This document shows, in pieces, positions 36,804 through 46,995 of a stretch of 64,000 bases of DNA. The position numbers were made by a program, and so were the translations under genes. The notes under the pieces are model-generated. The model searched no databases. It saw only the letters and a program-made list of their open reading frames with translations, and was not told where the DNA came from. This stretch comes from an uncultured Actinomycetota bacterium (lineage in GTDB: Bacteria; Actinomycetota; Acidimicrobiia; Spongiisociales; UBA4744): the NCBI GenBank assembly GCA_963723165.1, contig CAVRPP010000007.1:133513-197512 (forward strand), written 5' to 3'. Numbering within the stretch: the stretch's first letter is position 1; each line of letters begins with the position of its first letter.

Positions 36804-37625
36804 ATGCGAGTCATGATCGACGGCCATCCGGTCGACCCCCAAGCGGCAACCATCTCGGTATTCGATTGGGGCTTGTTACGCGGCGACGGCATCTTTGAAG
36901 CCATCCGTTGCTACCGGGGTCACCTGTTCCAACTCGACGCGCACCTGGCCCGTCTCCAACGCAGTGCGGCCAAGATGCAGATCGACCTGCCGGAGATATC
37001 AGAACTTGCCCGATGGGCGCAAGCGGTTGGAGAGGACGGCGGGGATTGCTCGATCAGGATCCTCGTGACCCGGGGAGGATCCGACCCGGACGTGGATAGC
37101 CCCGGGCGGGTCGTGGTGCTCTGGGAACCGGTTCCCGCAATGCCCGAAGCCGTCTCGGTGCGGCCCACACCGGCCCCGTGGCAGTCCGGGGGCCTTCCGT
37201 GGGAGTTGATGGGGGCGAAGACCCTCTCGTACGCGCCCAACATGGCGGCGTGGCGCACGGCCCGGGCGGAAGGCTTCAGCGACGCACTGCTGATATCCCG
37301 TGATGGTTATGTGCTCGAAGGCCCGACCTTCTCCGTTGGCTGGGTGGTCGACGGCAACGTCGAGACCCCTTCGCTCGACCTGGGGATACTTGCATCGATC
37401 ACCCGGATGGTCGCCCTCGAGGAGGCTGCCGGGCTCGGGCTGGTGGTCGTTGAAGGGCGCTTCGACCTCGATCGATTGTTGGGGGCCGATGAGGTCTTCG
37501 CACTGTCAACCCTTAAAGAAGTCAAACCAATTGACCGGGTGGGTTCCACCAGGTTTGCGGCGGGCCCGGTCACCGGGAAACTCGCTGCCGCTTATGCCGC
37601 CAGGGTTGTATCGGAGACATCCTGA
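36804..37625 (+). CDS. Aminotransferase class IV (aminodeoxychorismate lyase / branched-chain aminotransferase-like)
   Basis: Fold-type IV PLP-enzyme motifs (FDWGLLRGDGIFE, ILVTRG). Confidence 0.7.
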   Translation: MRVMIDGHPVDPQAATISVFDWGLLRGDGIFEAIRCYRGHLFQLDAHLARLQRSAAKMQIDLPEISELARWAQAVGEDGGDCSIRILVTRGGSDPDVDSPGRVVVLWEPVPAMPEAVSVRPTPAPWQSGGLPWELMGAKTLSYAPNMAAWRTARAEGFSDALLISRDGYVLEGPTFSVGWVVDGNVETPSLDLGILASITRMVALEEAAGLGLVVVEGRFDLDRLLGADEVFALSTLKEVKPIDRVGSTRFAAGPVTGKLAAAYAARVVSETS

Positions 37626-37696
37626 GCGAGCAAGCCCGGGAACTCACCGGGGACGGCATCCGTTTCAGATCTAGCGACAAAGGCAAAAGGACACCT

Positions 37697-38179
37697 ATGC
37701 GACGTTTCTCAATCCTCATCCTGGCTCTCGCCCTCGTTGCGACTGCCTGTAACCGTGGCGACGACACCGAACTGACGACCACCACCAGCACCAGCCTGTC
37801 GCAAACCACCTCGACGACGGCGGGTGGAGACGGAAGCGACGGCGGCACCACTACCACCGTGGGTGCCACTGCGCCGCCGGAGTACGAGATCATCGCCGGA
37901 GACACAGGAGCCGGGGAGTACGTGATCCTGGTTGAACCGGGAACCTATACCCAGCAGGATCTGCAGAACATCATGGAAGGCATCGTCGATGAGTATGCGC
38001 CGGTCACGGCCCATTTGATCGACAGCGAGGACGCCAGCGCTCTGGTGCTCCAAGAAGAGGTAACCGAAGCAGAACAGGCCATCCTCGACGCCCACTATTT
38101 CGCCCGGGTGGTGAATGGTACAACTCTCGAATTCCTCGGCCCCTACGCCGACCTGGATTCGGTGTATATCGGATCCTGA
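37697..38179 (+). CDS. Lipoprotein, function unknown
   Basis: Lipobox LVATAC and a Thr-rich linker. Confidence 0.6.
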   Translation: MRRFSILILALALVATACNRGDDTELTTTTSTSLSQTTSTTAGGDGSDGGTTTTVGATAPPEYEIIAGDTGAGEYVILVEPGTYTQQDLQNIMEGIVDEYAPVTAHLIDSEDASALVLQEEVTEAEQAILDAHYFARVVNGTTLEFLGPYADLDSVYIGS

Positions 38180-38237
38180 CGCTCAATTTTTCCGCCTCCC
38201 GGGTCGATACCTGTGTTGAGACCTGACGTGGAGGTTT

Positions 38238-39887
38238 GTGCTGGAACCGCGGGTATTGCTCGTTGACTCGGATCCTGTAGCCAGGACCGTGACATCCAAT
38301 GTTCTGTCGTCTGCGCGTCTCGAAGTAGTCGGCGAGGCCGCCAGCGGCGAGCAGGCCCTGGCGCTCGCCCGGTCCACCCATCCGACAGTGGCCGTCATCG
38401 ACGCTGGTCTGTCCGGGATCGGGCCGGCAAATACGGCCCGCCGGTTACGCGAAGAATCCGATCGGCGGATGGAGATTGTGGCCGTCGCCTCGTTCGAGAA
38501 CATCGGTCGTATCGGGGACATGGTTGCCGCCGGTGCCGCCGCCTATGTGGTCAAGGGCAAACCGGCCGAGCTGATAGCGGCAGTCAGATCCGTTTCCGTT
38601 GGCTCAGGGCTTCTGTCGGCGGAAGCGAGCCGCCCGGTGCTCGAAGAAGTGTCCCGGCTCTACGACCGGGAACGGGTGCGGAACGTTGAGTTGGAGAAGA
38701 TGGTGTCCCGCTTGCAGGCGCTGTCGGTCACCGATTCCCTGACGGGCCTCAAGAACCACGGGTTCTTTTTCGATCGACTGGCAGAAGAACTCGAACGAGG
38801 AGGGCGCTACGGCCGGCCGGTGGCTGTGATCATTGCCGATATCGACAACTTCAAGCTGGTCAACGACGCGTACGGCCACGCCGCCGGGGACGCCGTGCTC
38901 AGAACACTCGGTGATGTGTTCCGGACGCAGTTGCGGGAAGTGGACCTCGCCTGTCGGATCGGCGGCGAGGAATTCGGGTTTGTGCTGCCGGAGACCGACC
39001 AGGAGGGCGGCATGCGGGCGGCCGAAAGGATCCGAACCGCGGTCGCTGCTCACACCATTGCAGAAGTCGGGAACGTCACGGTGAGCCTGGGTGTTGCCGT
39101 ATTCCCCGAGCATGCGACCGAACGCGACGAACTACTCGAATCGGCCGACACCGCGCTCTATCAGGCCAAACATGAGGGCAAGAACTGCTCGAGGTTGGCT
39201 GGCAGCTCGTCGATGACGGTGCAGCTCACCAGGGCCCGGCCGACCACCGGACCCGTGGTCGGGGCGCTGCTGGCGGCGCTGCGAATGCGCGTGCCCTACC
39301 TGGCCGAACACTCGGTTCGGGTCGCCGAATTGGCTCCCGTGATCGGTGAAGGGCTGGGCCTTTCTGTTGCCCGGCTGGGCAGGCTGCGCCTGGCCGCCCT
39401 GCTCCACGACGTCGGCATGTTGGGCGTTCCGGATTCGATCCTCGTCAAGCCCGGGCCGCTGGATGAGGCCGAGTGGGACGTGGTGCGTGATCACCCGCAA
39501 AACGGTTTTGATCTCGTCGTCGACGCGGTCCATGTTGAGGTAGCGGAAGCGGTGCTGTGTCACCACGAACGTATGGACGGGGCCGGTTATCCACGAGGTT
39601 TGGCGGGTGCCGAGGTCCCTCTGCTCGCCAGGATTCTGCTGGTGGCAGATGCATTCGATGCGATGACGATGCCCCGCTCGTACCAGCGATCGCTCACCAG
39701 GGCCGACGCTCTTGCGGAACTCCAGCGCAACGTTGGCGCTCAGTTCGACGAGAAAGTGGTTGAGGTACTGGCCGCCCACCTCAGCGGTGGCGGCCCGTCG
39801 AACGTGCTCGAGTTCCCCGACGCGGCTTCGCCGGCTGACCAAACCCCGTTCTGGCGTCGATTTCTGAGTCCATGTGACGGCTTTTGA
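38238..39887 (+). CDS. Response-regulator receiver, GGDEF and HD-GYP three-domain c-di-GMP turnover protein
   Basis: GTG start after GGAGG. REC domain, GGEEF motif and HD-GYP (HHERMDGAGYP). The last 13 codons and the stop are supplied by palindromic repeat copy 2. Confidence 0.85.
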   Translation: MLEPRVLLVDSDPVARTVTSNVLSSARLEVVGEAASGEQALALARSTHPTVAVIDAGLSGIGPANTARRLREESDRRMEIVAVASFENIGRIGDMVAAGAAAYVVKGKPAELIAAVRSVSVGSGLLSAEASRPVLEEVSRLYDRERVRNVELEKMVSRLQALSVTDSLTGLKNHGFFFDRLAEELERGGRYGRPVAVIIADIDNFKLVNDAYGHAAGDAVLRTLGDVFRTQLREVDLACRIGGEEFGFVLPETDQEGGMRAAERIRTAVAAHTIAEVGNVTVSLGVAVFPEHATERDELLESADTALYQAKHEGKNCSRLAGSSSMTVQLTRARPTTGPVVGALLAALRMRVPYLAEHSVRVAELAPVIGEGLGLSVARLGRLRLAALLHDVGMLGVPDSILVKPGPLDEAEWDVVRDHPQNGFDLVVDAVHVEVAEAVLCHHERMDGAGYPRGLAGAEVPLLARILLVADAFDAMTMPRSYQRSLTRADALAELQRNVGAQFDEKVVEVLAAHLSGGGPSNVLEFPDAASPADQTPFWRRFLSPCDGF

Positions 39888-39896
39888 CGCCGGAAC
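39845..39896. repeat. Palindromic repeat element, copy 2 (left arm perfect, right arm partly degenerate)
   Basis: CCCGTTCTGGCGTCGA...TGACGCCGGAAC. It encodes ...PFWRRFLSPCDGF* of the GGDEF protein and sits immediately 5' of the DUF559 gene. Confidence 0.65.
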
Positions 39897-39939
39897 TGAT
39901 GGGGCGCTACGTGTCCCACCCGGGTGGCATGGTTGTCCG

Positions 39940-40890
39940 ATGGATGCCTACCGCAGTCTGGCGGTCATTGCCCAGCAACAACATGGGGTTGTCTCACTCG
40001 ACCAGGCCCGCACCGTTGGTCTCGCCGAACACGAGGTGCGTAGCCTCCTGGAACGCGGGCGCTTTCCGCGACCGGCCACGGGAGTCTTGACGATCGCCGG
40101 TTGCCCACCGAGCTGGGAACAAGACGTGATGATTGCCGTTTCCGCCGGCGGCGAAGCCGCCCTGGCCTCTCATCAGACCGCTGCATTTCTCTGGGATCTG
40201 ACCGGTTTCAGGCCGGACCGAATCGAAGTTGTGATGCCGCGTTGGGATCGTTCCCGCCGTGGGTTTTTGGTGCACGAATCCAAAGACCTCGAACCGGAGG
40301 ATGCCGATCGGGTGGACGGCATACCAGTCACCTCTGCCGTGCGAACGGTCGTCGACCTCGGGGCGACCGCACCCTGGTTGGTCGAGTCGGCTCTCGAGCG
40401 AGGAATCAGGCACCGGCTGTGCACCCTTGATGAAGTGTCCAGATTTGTGGCGCGGGTTGGGCGGCGCGGTCGCAGGGGAGTCGGGACGATCCGGCCCCTC
40501 ATCGAACATCGAGCACGGTGGGACGGCGCAACCGAGAGTGAACTCGAAGATCTGTTCAGGCGGGCGTGGAGCTTGCCCGGACGACCCGAGCCCATCGCCC
40601 AGCACCGCATTGAGGATGTCGACGGGTCCTTTGTTTGCCGGGCGGACTTTGCCTTTCCCGAGGCCCTCCTCAGGATCGAGCTCGATTCCGAGGCCTTCCA
40701 CATGGACCGTCCTACGTTCCGTAAGGATCGATCGGTGCAAAACCGCACCGAATTACTCGGGTGGCGGACCCTGCGTTACACGTGGTGGGATCTCACCACC
40801 CGTCCGGGTGAGGTGGTCAGAGAGGTCGGGGTGGCTCTCGGTGTAGACCCGTTCTGGCGTCGATCCTCGTCACCAGAAGTCGGATATTGA
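39940..40890 (+). CDS. DUF559 (Vsr-like endonuclease fold) protein with AbiEi-like N-terminal domain
   Basis: Internal start MDAYRSLAVIAQQQHGVVSL. C-terminal DUF559 motif FVCRADFAFPEALLRIELDSEAFH...LLGWRTLRYTW. The C-terminal tail and stop are encoded by palindromic repeat copy 3. Confidence 0.7.
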   Translation: MDAYRSLAVIAQQQHGVVSLDQARTVGLAEHEVRSLLERGRFPRPATGVLTIAGCPPSWEQDVMIAVSAGGEAALASHQTAAFLWDLTGFRPDRIEVVMPRWDRSRRGFLVHESKDLEPEDADRVDGIPVTSAVRTVVDLGATAPWLVESALERGIRHRLCTLDEVSRFVARVGRRGRRGVGTIRPLIEHRARWDGATESELEDLFRRAWSLPGRPEPIAQHRIEDVDGSFVCRADFAFPEALLRIELDSEAFHMDRPTFRKDRSVQNRTELLGWRTLRYTWWDLTTRPGEVVREVGVALGVDPFWRRSSSPEVGY

Positions 40891-40903
40891 CGCCAGAACG
40901 GGG
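40848..40903. repeat. Palindromic repeat element, copy 3 (16 bp arms CCCGTTCTGGCGTCGA / TGACGCCAGAACGGGG)
   Basis: Direct orientation relative to copy 2. Its TGA forms the DUF559 stop codon. Confidence 0.7.
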
Positions 40904-40910
40904 AGGAGGG

Positions 40911-42362
40911 CTAGAGCAGGGCGGCAGCGACCAGCAGGAAACCACCGAAGCCGACCAGGTCAGTGATCAGGGTCAGGAAGATGCTGGACGCCTGGGCAGG
41001 GTCGGCTCCCAGTTTGCGAAGGACCAGGGGGATGCTGGCCCCGGCCAACCCAGCAACGGACACGTTTCCGAATGCCGCCAGGGCAACAACCGCGCCGACC
41101 TCCACCGGCGGGGCCACCGACGAAAAAACCCCGGAGTCGATGAGAAACATCGCCAGCAATCCGGCGAGAATGCCCAGGGTCAGACCGTTGAGCATTCCGA
41201 TGCTGAACTGCCGGCCGACCACCTGCAGTACCTGGCTACGCGGAACATCATCGGTGGCCAGGGAGCGGATGACGACGGCCAAACTCTGAAAGCCGCCGTT
41301 GCCGCCGAGCAGCGCGATGACGGGCATGAGGGCGGCCAGCACCGGTTCGTCGCTGATGACCCCGGTCTGGCGCTCGATAACAAAGGCGACCAGCAGGGCC
41401 ATGATGAGGTTGAGGCTCAGCCAGGGGAGCCGCATCCGAACGGAGCCGAGAACGGGAGTGAAGATCGTCTCCCCGGCGCCGGCTCCTGTGGCCACGGCGA
41501 AGTCTTCGCTGGCTTCAGCCTGGATCGCTTCGATCAGTTCGTCGTTGGTGACCATGCCCAGCAGTCGTCCCCGGTCGTCAATCACCGGGATGCTGAACAG
41601 GTGGTAGCGCTGGGTCAGATCCGCAGCTTCTTCCCGGTCGGCCAAAGCACGGACGGCAACCGGATTAGAGATCATCGCCTCGTCCAGCCCTACCCCGGGC
41701 CGTTTGAAGACGAGATCGCGGAACGACAACACTCCCACCAGGGCATCGTCGTCGTCCACTATGTAGACGTACGAGAGGTCCTCGAGTTCCTCGTTCATCT
41801 GACGAACCCGTTCGATCGCCTCCCCGGCCGTCATCCCGACCGGCAGTTTGGCCACCTCGGTGGTCATGAGGCCGCCTGCCGAGTCGGGCGGATAGGCCAG
41901 CAAGCGGCGGACGTCTGCCTCCGCCGGGTCGTTCATCGCCTCGAAAATCTCTTCCCGGGCCTCAGGTTCGAGTGCTCCGACCAGGTCTGCAGCTTCGTCC
42001 GCCGGCATTCCTTCCAGGAAATCGGCGGCCGTTTCTGGATCGAGTTCCTCGAGGATGTCCGCGGCCAGGTCGTCCTGCATCTCCTCGAGGACGTCGGCCG
42101 CATTGTCCGGATGGAGGTCGGCGAGAAGGTCGGTGGCTGCGTCCTCGCCGAGTTCTTCGAGGATGTCGGCTGCGTCGTGTGGATCGGCCTCGGCGATGGC
42201 CGTCCACTCCTCAGCGTGGGTGTCCAGGTATTCCTCGACCTCGCGCGGCGCCAGTTGGGCGCGGCGCCGCAACAATTGGGCGACTTCGCGCGGTCTGCGG
42301 GGTCGCAGCTTCACGATGCTCGTGTCCTCGGCACGGGATACCTCCAACCCGCCGGAACGCAC
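40911..42362 (-). CDS. mgtE: Magnesium transporter MgtE
   Basis: MgtE_N acidic repeats, tandem CBS domains and a C-terminal MgtE membrane domain. Confidence 0.85.
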   Translation of the reverse strand: MRSGGLEVSRAEDTSIVKLRPRRPREVAQLLRRRAQLAPREVEEYLDTHAEEWTAIAEADPHDAADILEELGEDAATDLLADLHPDNAADVLEEMQDDLAADILEELDPETAADFLEGMPADEAADLVGALEPEAREEIFEAMNDPAEADVRRLLAYPPDSAGGLMTTEVAKLPVGMTAGEAIERVRQMNEELEDLSYVYIVDDDDALVGVLSFRDLVFKRPGVGLDEAMISNPVAVRALADREEAADLTQRYHLFSIPVIDDRGRLLGMVTNDELIEAIQAEASEDFAVATGAGAGETIFTPVLGSVRMRLPWLSLNLIMALLVAFVIERQTGVISDEPVLAALMPVIALLGGNGGFQSLAVVIRSLATDDVPRSQVLQVVGRQFSIGMLNGLTLGILAGLLAMFLIDSGVFSSVAPPVEVGAVVALAAFGNVSVAGLAGASIPLVLRKLGADPAQASSIFLTLITDLVGFGGFLLVAAALL

Positions 42363-42430
42363 CGGTGGGCGGAGTTCAGGGTAACGCCTGCGGGACGGCC
42401 ACTAGGTGTATCCGCCCGGGCTGCGCGAGG

Positions 42431-42907
42431 TCAGCCTTCGAAGGGCCGGATGCCGGTCACGGTCATGGAGAACTTTCCACCCGGCGCCTCGTAGGAGACC
42501 TCGTCGTCGATGCGGGCCCCGAGCAACGCTTTGCCCAAAGGTCCACCAGGCGAAGCGAGCAGATACGCCGGGACCCGGTTCTCGGCCGGCGCAACAAAGT
42601 ATTCCGACGTTTCGCCGTCGCTGTCGGTCACCGTAACGATGGAGCCGATTTCGACCTGTCCGGTATCGGCCACTTCACGGACCTCGGCGGTGTCAAGCAG
42701 ATGGCGAATCTGCCTGATCCGGGCTTCCATCATGCCTTGCTCGTTCTTGGCAGCGTCGTAGTCTGCATTCTCGCGAATATCCCCGTGCGAACGGGCTTCG
42801 GCGATGCGTTCAGATATCTCGTGCCGGGCGTCACCCTGCAGATAGGAAAGCTCCTCCTGCAGTTTGTTGTGAGCAGCCGGCGTGAGCCAGGTGGTCTCGT
42901 CGGTCAT
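42431..42907 (-). CDS. greA: Transcription elongation factor GreA
   Basis: Internal start MTDETTWLTPAAHNKLQEEL. Coiled-coil N-terminal domain plus FKBP-like C-terminal domain. Confidence 0.9.
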   Translation of the reverse strand: MTDETTWLTPAAHNKLQEELSYLQGDARHEISERIAEARSHGDIRENADYDAAKNEQGMMEARIRQIRHLLDTAEVREVADTGQVEIGSIVTVTDSDGETSEYFVAPAENRVPAYLLASPGGPLGKALLGARIDDEVSYEAPGGKFSMTVTGIRPFEG

Positions 42908-42926
42908 GACCGGGCAGGATAGCTCC

Positions 42927-43829
42927 ATGCAGGAGAAAGGTAACCCTAAGTTCGGGTCGGCCGTCGGTCTGGCCCTTTTCGCCGCTCTGCTGTGGGGTGT
43001 GAGCGGGACGGTGGCGGCAGACGCGTTCAATGAGGTGGCGCCCGCCAGGGTCGCCCAGGTTCGGTCCCTGATCGCACTCGTCTTCCTCGTCCCCTACGCG
43101 TGGCGCCGGCGGCTCTTGCGAACGCACGGGGCGGGGAGAGAGTTGGTCGCCTTCGGGTTGATCCTGGCCACCGTTCACGTCACGTACTACTGGGCATTGC
43201 AGCGATTGGGAGTAGGACCCGGGGTAACCGTTCAGTTCCTCGGACCGATCCTGGTCCTGGTGTGGATGGCTGTTGCTCAGAAGCGTCCGGTTCCCCGCCC
43301 CATGTGGCTGGCCGGGCTGGCGGCGCTGACCGGGACGGTGATGGTCACCCGGGCGTGGGATGTCGGCTCTCTTGACCTTCTCGGGTTGCTCGCAGGACTC
43401 GCTTCCGCCGTGACCTTCGGTGTCTACCTCTTGACCGGCGAGCATCTGACCAAACGACTATCCCCGGTGACCTTGCTCACCTATGGCTTCCTCGTCGCGG
43501 CGGTGTTCTGGGCGATAGCCCAGCCCCTGTGGGACTTCCCAACGGATCTGTCCACCAGGGTGTGGATCGAATTGGTCTGGGTGGGGGTGGGCGGAACGAT
43601 GATCCCGTTCCTCGCCACCATGGCCGCCCTGAAGCGGGCATCTGCCGGACTGGTGGGTGTAGTGGCCTCCATCGAACCGGTTGTGGCGGCTGTGTCCGCC
43701 TGGTTGTTTCTATCCCAATCGCTGCTGGCCGTTCAGATCGTCGGGGGTTTGTTCGTTGTCGCGGCCGTGGCGGCCGTTCAGCGCTGGGGTGTGGCCGAAC
43801 TGGAGGTCCCCCTCGATTCGGTTCGGTGA
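42927..43829 (+). CDS. EamA/DMT superfamily transporter
   Basis: Ten predicted TM helices in two EamA repeats. Confidence 0.75.
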   Translation: MQEKGNPKFGSAVGLALFAALLWGVSGTVAADAFNEVAPARVAQVRSLIALVFLVPYAWRRRLLRTHGAGRELVAFGLILATVHVTYYWALQRLGVGPGVTVQFLGPILVLVWMAVAQKRPVPRPMWLAGLAALTGTVMVTRAWDVGSLDLLGLLAGLASAVTFGVYLLTGEHLTKRLSPVTLLTYGFLVAAVFWAIAQPLWDFPTDLSTRVWIELVWVGVGGTMIPFLATMAALKRASAGLVGVVASIEPVVAAVSAWLFLSQSLLAVQIVGGLFVVAAVAAVQRWGVAELEVPLDSVR

Positions 43830-43876
43830 CGGGCAGGTTCTGTTTGGCTTCCCCTCCACGCTGAGCGCCGAAACCC

Positions 43877-44209
43877 TCAGCCGGCCGTGACCTCTCCAAG
43901 AATTTTGCTCAGGACAGCGAGACGGTCGGGAACAGCCCGGTAGTACACCCAGCGTCCCCTCTTCTCCCGCTCGACGAGGCCGGCCTCGAAGAGCACCTTG
44001 AGGTGGTGGCTGACCGTCGGCTGCGATACCCCGATCGGTTCGACCAGATCGCAGGCGGCGCACGCTTCACCCATGCTGGCGATAACGCTGAGCAGTCGCA
44101 GACGGGCAGGGTCGCCGAGCACCCGGAACCACTCAGCCAGTTGGGCGGCCTGGGGCCTGTCGAGGGGTTCCGTCGCCAGGGGTGCGCAGCATTCGACGAT
44201 CGGTTCCAT
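43877..44209 (-). CDS. ArsR/SmtB-family metalloregulator
   Basis: ECCAPL metal-binding site and the HTH VSQPTVSHHLKVL. Start uncertain (44209 or 44239). Divergent from selD. Confidence 0.7.
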   Translation of the reverse strand: MEPIVECCAPLATEPLDRPQAAQLAEWFRVLGDPARLRLLSVIASMGEACAACDLVEPIGVSQPTVSHHLKVLFEAGLVEREKRGRWVYYRAVPDRLAVLSKILGEVTAG

Positions 44210-44306
44210 CTTTCGATGATCCCACATATTGATGCTCATCGCTATGACGACGGGCCGGTGATTGGAATGAATGTGGCAGACTGCCGATCGGAAAGGAGGT
44301 GGTGTC

Positions 44307-45350
44307 ATGGCGGAGAAACTGACTGAGTTCTCGCACGGCAGCGGCTGAGCATGCAAGCTCGGTCCTGACGAGCTGGCGCAGGTCTTGCGCCCTTTGCACA
44401 ACCATCCAACCACCCTCCACCCCGACCTGGTCGTAGGTTTGTCCTCCGGGGACGATGCCGGGGTCCTACGGCTGCCCGACGGACGCCTGATGGTGCAGAC
44501 GGTTGACTACTTCACGCCGGTGGTCGACGACCCTGGCGATTGGGGCCGGATCGCCGCGGCCAATGCACTGTCCGATGTCTACGCCATGGGAGGGACGCCA
44601 TCAACCGCTCTGCAGCTGATCGGTTGGCCCCGCGGGACGCTGTCCTTTGATCTGCTCGGTGAGGTGATTCTCGGTGGAATCGGCAAACTCGAGGAAGCCG
44701 GCTGTCTGCTGATCGGTGGCCACTCGATCGATTCCCCCGAACCAACATACGGCTTTGCGGTCACCGGATTTGTCGAACCGGATCATCTCACTACCAACGG
44801 GGGAGCCCGTACCGGCGACCGCCTCGTCCTCACCAAGCCGATCGGTACCGGGATCATTTCGACCGCCATCAAGAACCACAAGGCCAATCCCGGGATGATC
44901 GTTGAAGCGATCAGCGTCATGGCAGAGCTCAATGCGGGGGCGGCCCGGGCAATGTCCGCCGTGGGTGTCAACGGGGCGACGGACGTGACGGGCTTCGGGC
45001 TGCTCGGCCACCTCGGAGAGATGGTGGCCGCCAGCGGAGTGGCCGCAATCATCCGGCACGCCGCCGTGCCGCTGATCGACGGCGTACGCGACCTGGCCCT
45101 GGCCGGTGTGGTCCCTGGAGGCACGGCACGGAACCTGGTTGCTGTGGAACGGTTTACCGATTTCGGGAACCTCAACGCGGCCGATCAGCTGATCCTGGCC
45201 GACGCTCAGACCAGTGGCGGCCTCCTGATTTCGGTGGCCGCCGACCGGACCCGCGATCTGGTCGAAGCACTGACCAGCGAGGGGACGAGAACCGCGGCCG
45301 TCGTTGGCGAGATTACCGGGGATCAACCCGGCACGATCGCCGTCCGCTAG
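44307..45350 (+). CDS. selD: Selenide, water dikinase (selenophosphate synthetase), selenocysteine-containing form
   Basis: ATG after GGAAAGGAGG. Reads MAEKLTEFSHGSG-U(TGA 44346..44348)-ACKLGPDEL and continues in frame into ORF 44385..45350. A hairpin AGCUCG-GUCCUGA-CGAGCU starts 8-9 nt after the UGA. Confidence 0.9.
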
Positions 45351-45357
45351 GGGACTG

Positions 45358-46557
45358 ATGGGACAGGACACCGGGCCGGGGTTTGGCAGGCAAACGTGGG
45401 CACTGACCGTCGCAATTGCATTCGTGATGACGGGAGTGAGCCTGGTGGCCCCGATCATTCCGCTCTACGCCCTCGAGTTCGGCGTGAGTTATACCGCCGC
45501 CGGTGCCTTGATCACCGGGTTCGCCCTTGCCCGGCTCATGTTCAGCCTTCTGGGCGGCGTGGCCGGTGATCGGTATGGAGCCAGGCGAATCGCCGTCGGG
45601 GGCGCCCTCCTGCTGACCGTTTCGAGCGTGACTGCCGCCCTGGCCCCCTCATATGCGGCGCTCCTCGCTTCGCGCTTCGTCGAGGGGATGGGATCCGCAA
45701 TTCTGGCAACGACCGCCGCACAGTATCTGGTTCAGACGACCCCGAAGCCGCGTTTGGGTCGCACCATGGCGCTGTATCAGACCGGCCTGCTGATCGGGGT
45801 TGCCATCGGTCCCTTCATCGGTGGTCGCCTGGCCGAACTAGGAGACTTCCGGACGCCCTTCTGGGCGTACGCCGCCCTCGGGCTCGTGGTGGCCGTGCTG
45901 GTGACGGTGTTCATCACCGATCTGCCCCCGTCCGGCAAGACCGCGGGTGAGTCGTTCCGGGCAACCGGGGACATTCTCAAGATGCCCTCATTCCGGGTCA
46001 TCCTCTTTGTGGCGTTCTCGCTCTTCATCATGCGAGGAGGTGCCCGGATCACCCTCATTCCGCTTTTCGGCAGTGAGGTCGTCGGCCTGACCCCTTCTCA
46101 GATTGGAGACGTGCTGTCTATCTCGGCCGTCACCAATCTGTTGATCGTCAATCCGGGTGGGCAACTCGTTGATCGCATCGGTCGCAAGCCGGTCGCCATC
46201 GTGGGTCTCGTCCTGGCCGGTGTGGCCACTGCCGCATACGGCTTTTTCGAGACGTATGGTTCACTGCTCGTCGTGTCGGGATTGTTCGGGCTCACCTCTG
46301 GACTGGCGTCGATCCCGCCCCCGACCATGGTCGGGGACCTGGCGCCGGCAGGAGCCGAAGGTTCGGCCGTCGGCTTGTACCGCACTTCGGGCGATTTGGG
46401 TTTCATCGTTGGGCCAATCGTCATGGGAGTCGTGGCCGACGCCGGAGCCTTCGCGACCGGGTTCATCATCAGCGGCGTGTTGTTGGGCCTGGCCGCCCTG
46501 GCGCTGACCAGGATTCCCGAGACTCGCCACCGGTCCGGTACCGTGAAAACGACATGA
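45358..46557 (+). CDS. MFS transporter
   Basis: Twelve predicted TM helices. MFS motif [12 protein letters not shown]. Confidence 0.8.
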   Translation: MGQDTGPGFGRQTWALTVAIAFVMTGVSLVAPIIPLYALEFGVSYTAAGALITGFALARLMFSLLGGVAGDRYGARRIAVGGALLLTVSSVTAALAPSYAALLASRFVEGMGSAILATTAAQYLVQTTPKPRLGRTMALYQTGLLIGVAIGPFIGGRLAELGDFRTPFWAYAALGLVVAVLVTVFITDLPPSGKTAGESFRATGDILKMPSFRVILFVAFSLFIMRGGARITLIPLFGSEVVGLTPSQIGDVLSISAVTNLLIVNPGGQLVDRIGRKPVAIVGLVLAGVATAAYGFFETYGSLLVVSGLFGLTSGLASIPPPTMVGDLAPAGAEGSAVGLYRTSGDLGFIVGPIVMGVVADAGAFATGFIISGVLLGLAALALTRIPETRHRSGTVKTT

Positions 46558-46985
46558 CCGACCGGGAACGCCTCGAGAAGATCGCCGGCGCCCTTTCGAT
46601 CGGCCGGGTGGAGCGTCATGTCTTCCTATGCGCCCAACAATCGACGCCGCGCTGCTCGACGGCGGCGGAAAGCGGAGAGGCCTGGACGTATTTGAAGAAC
46701 CGGCTCAAAGAACTGGACCTCACCAGTCCTCCTCCTCACTGGCGCGGTGATTTCACGGTCGATCCGCCGACGACGGCTCCGGGCGTTGGCAAGGTGTTGA
46801 GGAGCAAAGTGGACTGCTTCCGCGTCTGCGAACAAGGCCCCATTGCGGTCGTGTATCCCGATGGGGTGTGGTATCACTCGGTCGACGTCAACGTCATGGA
46901 GAGAATCATCCAGGAGCACCTCATCGGCGGATCGCCGGTCACCGAGTATGTGTTTGCCACCGGTCGGCTTGGACAGATGGATTGA
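46554..46985 (+). CDS. Thioredoxin-like [2Fe-2S] ferredoxin domain protein
   Basis: ATGA overlap with the MFS gene stop. Cys pattern HVFLC...C...[10 protein letters not shown]. Confidence 0.6.
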   Translation: MTDRERLEKIAGALSIGRVERHVFLCAQQSTPRCSTAAESGEAWTYLKNRLKELDLTSPPPHWRGDFTVDPPTTAPGVGKVLRSKVDCFRVCEQGPIAVVYPDGVWYHSVDVNVMERIIQEHLIGGSPVTEYVFATGRLGQMD

Positions 46986-46995
46986 GGAGACCGTC

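Noticed and set aside
40887-42494. Plus-strand 535 aa ORF
   Set aside because: Antisense to mgtE. Gly/Asp/Gln-rich nonsense.
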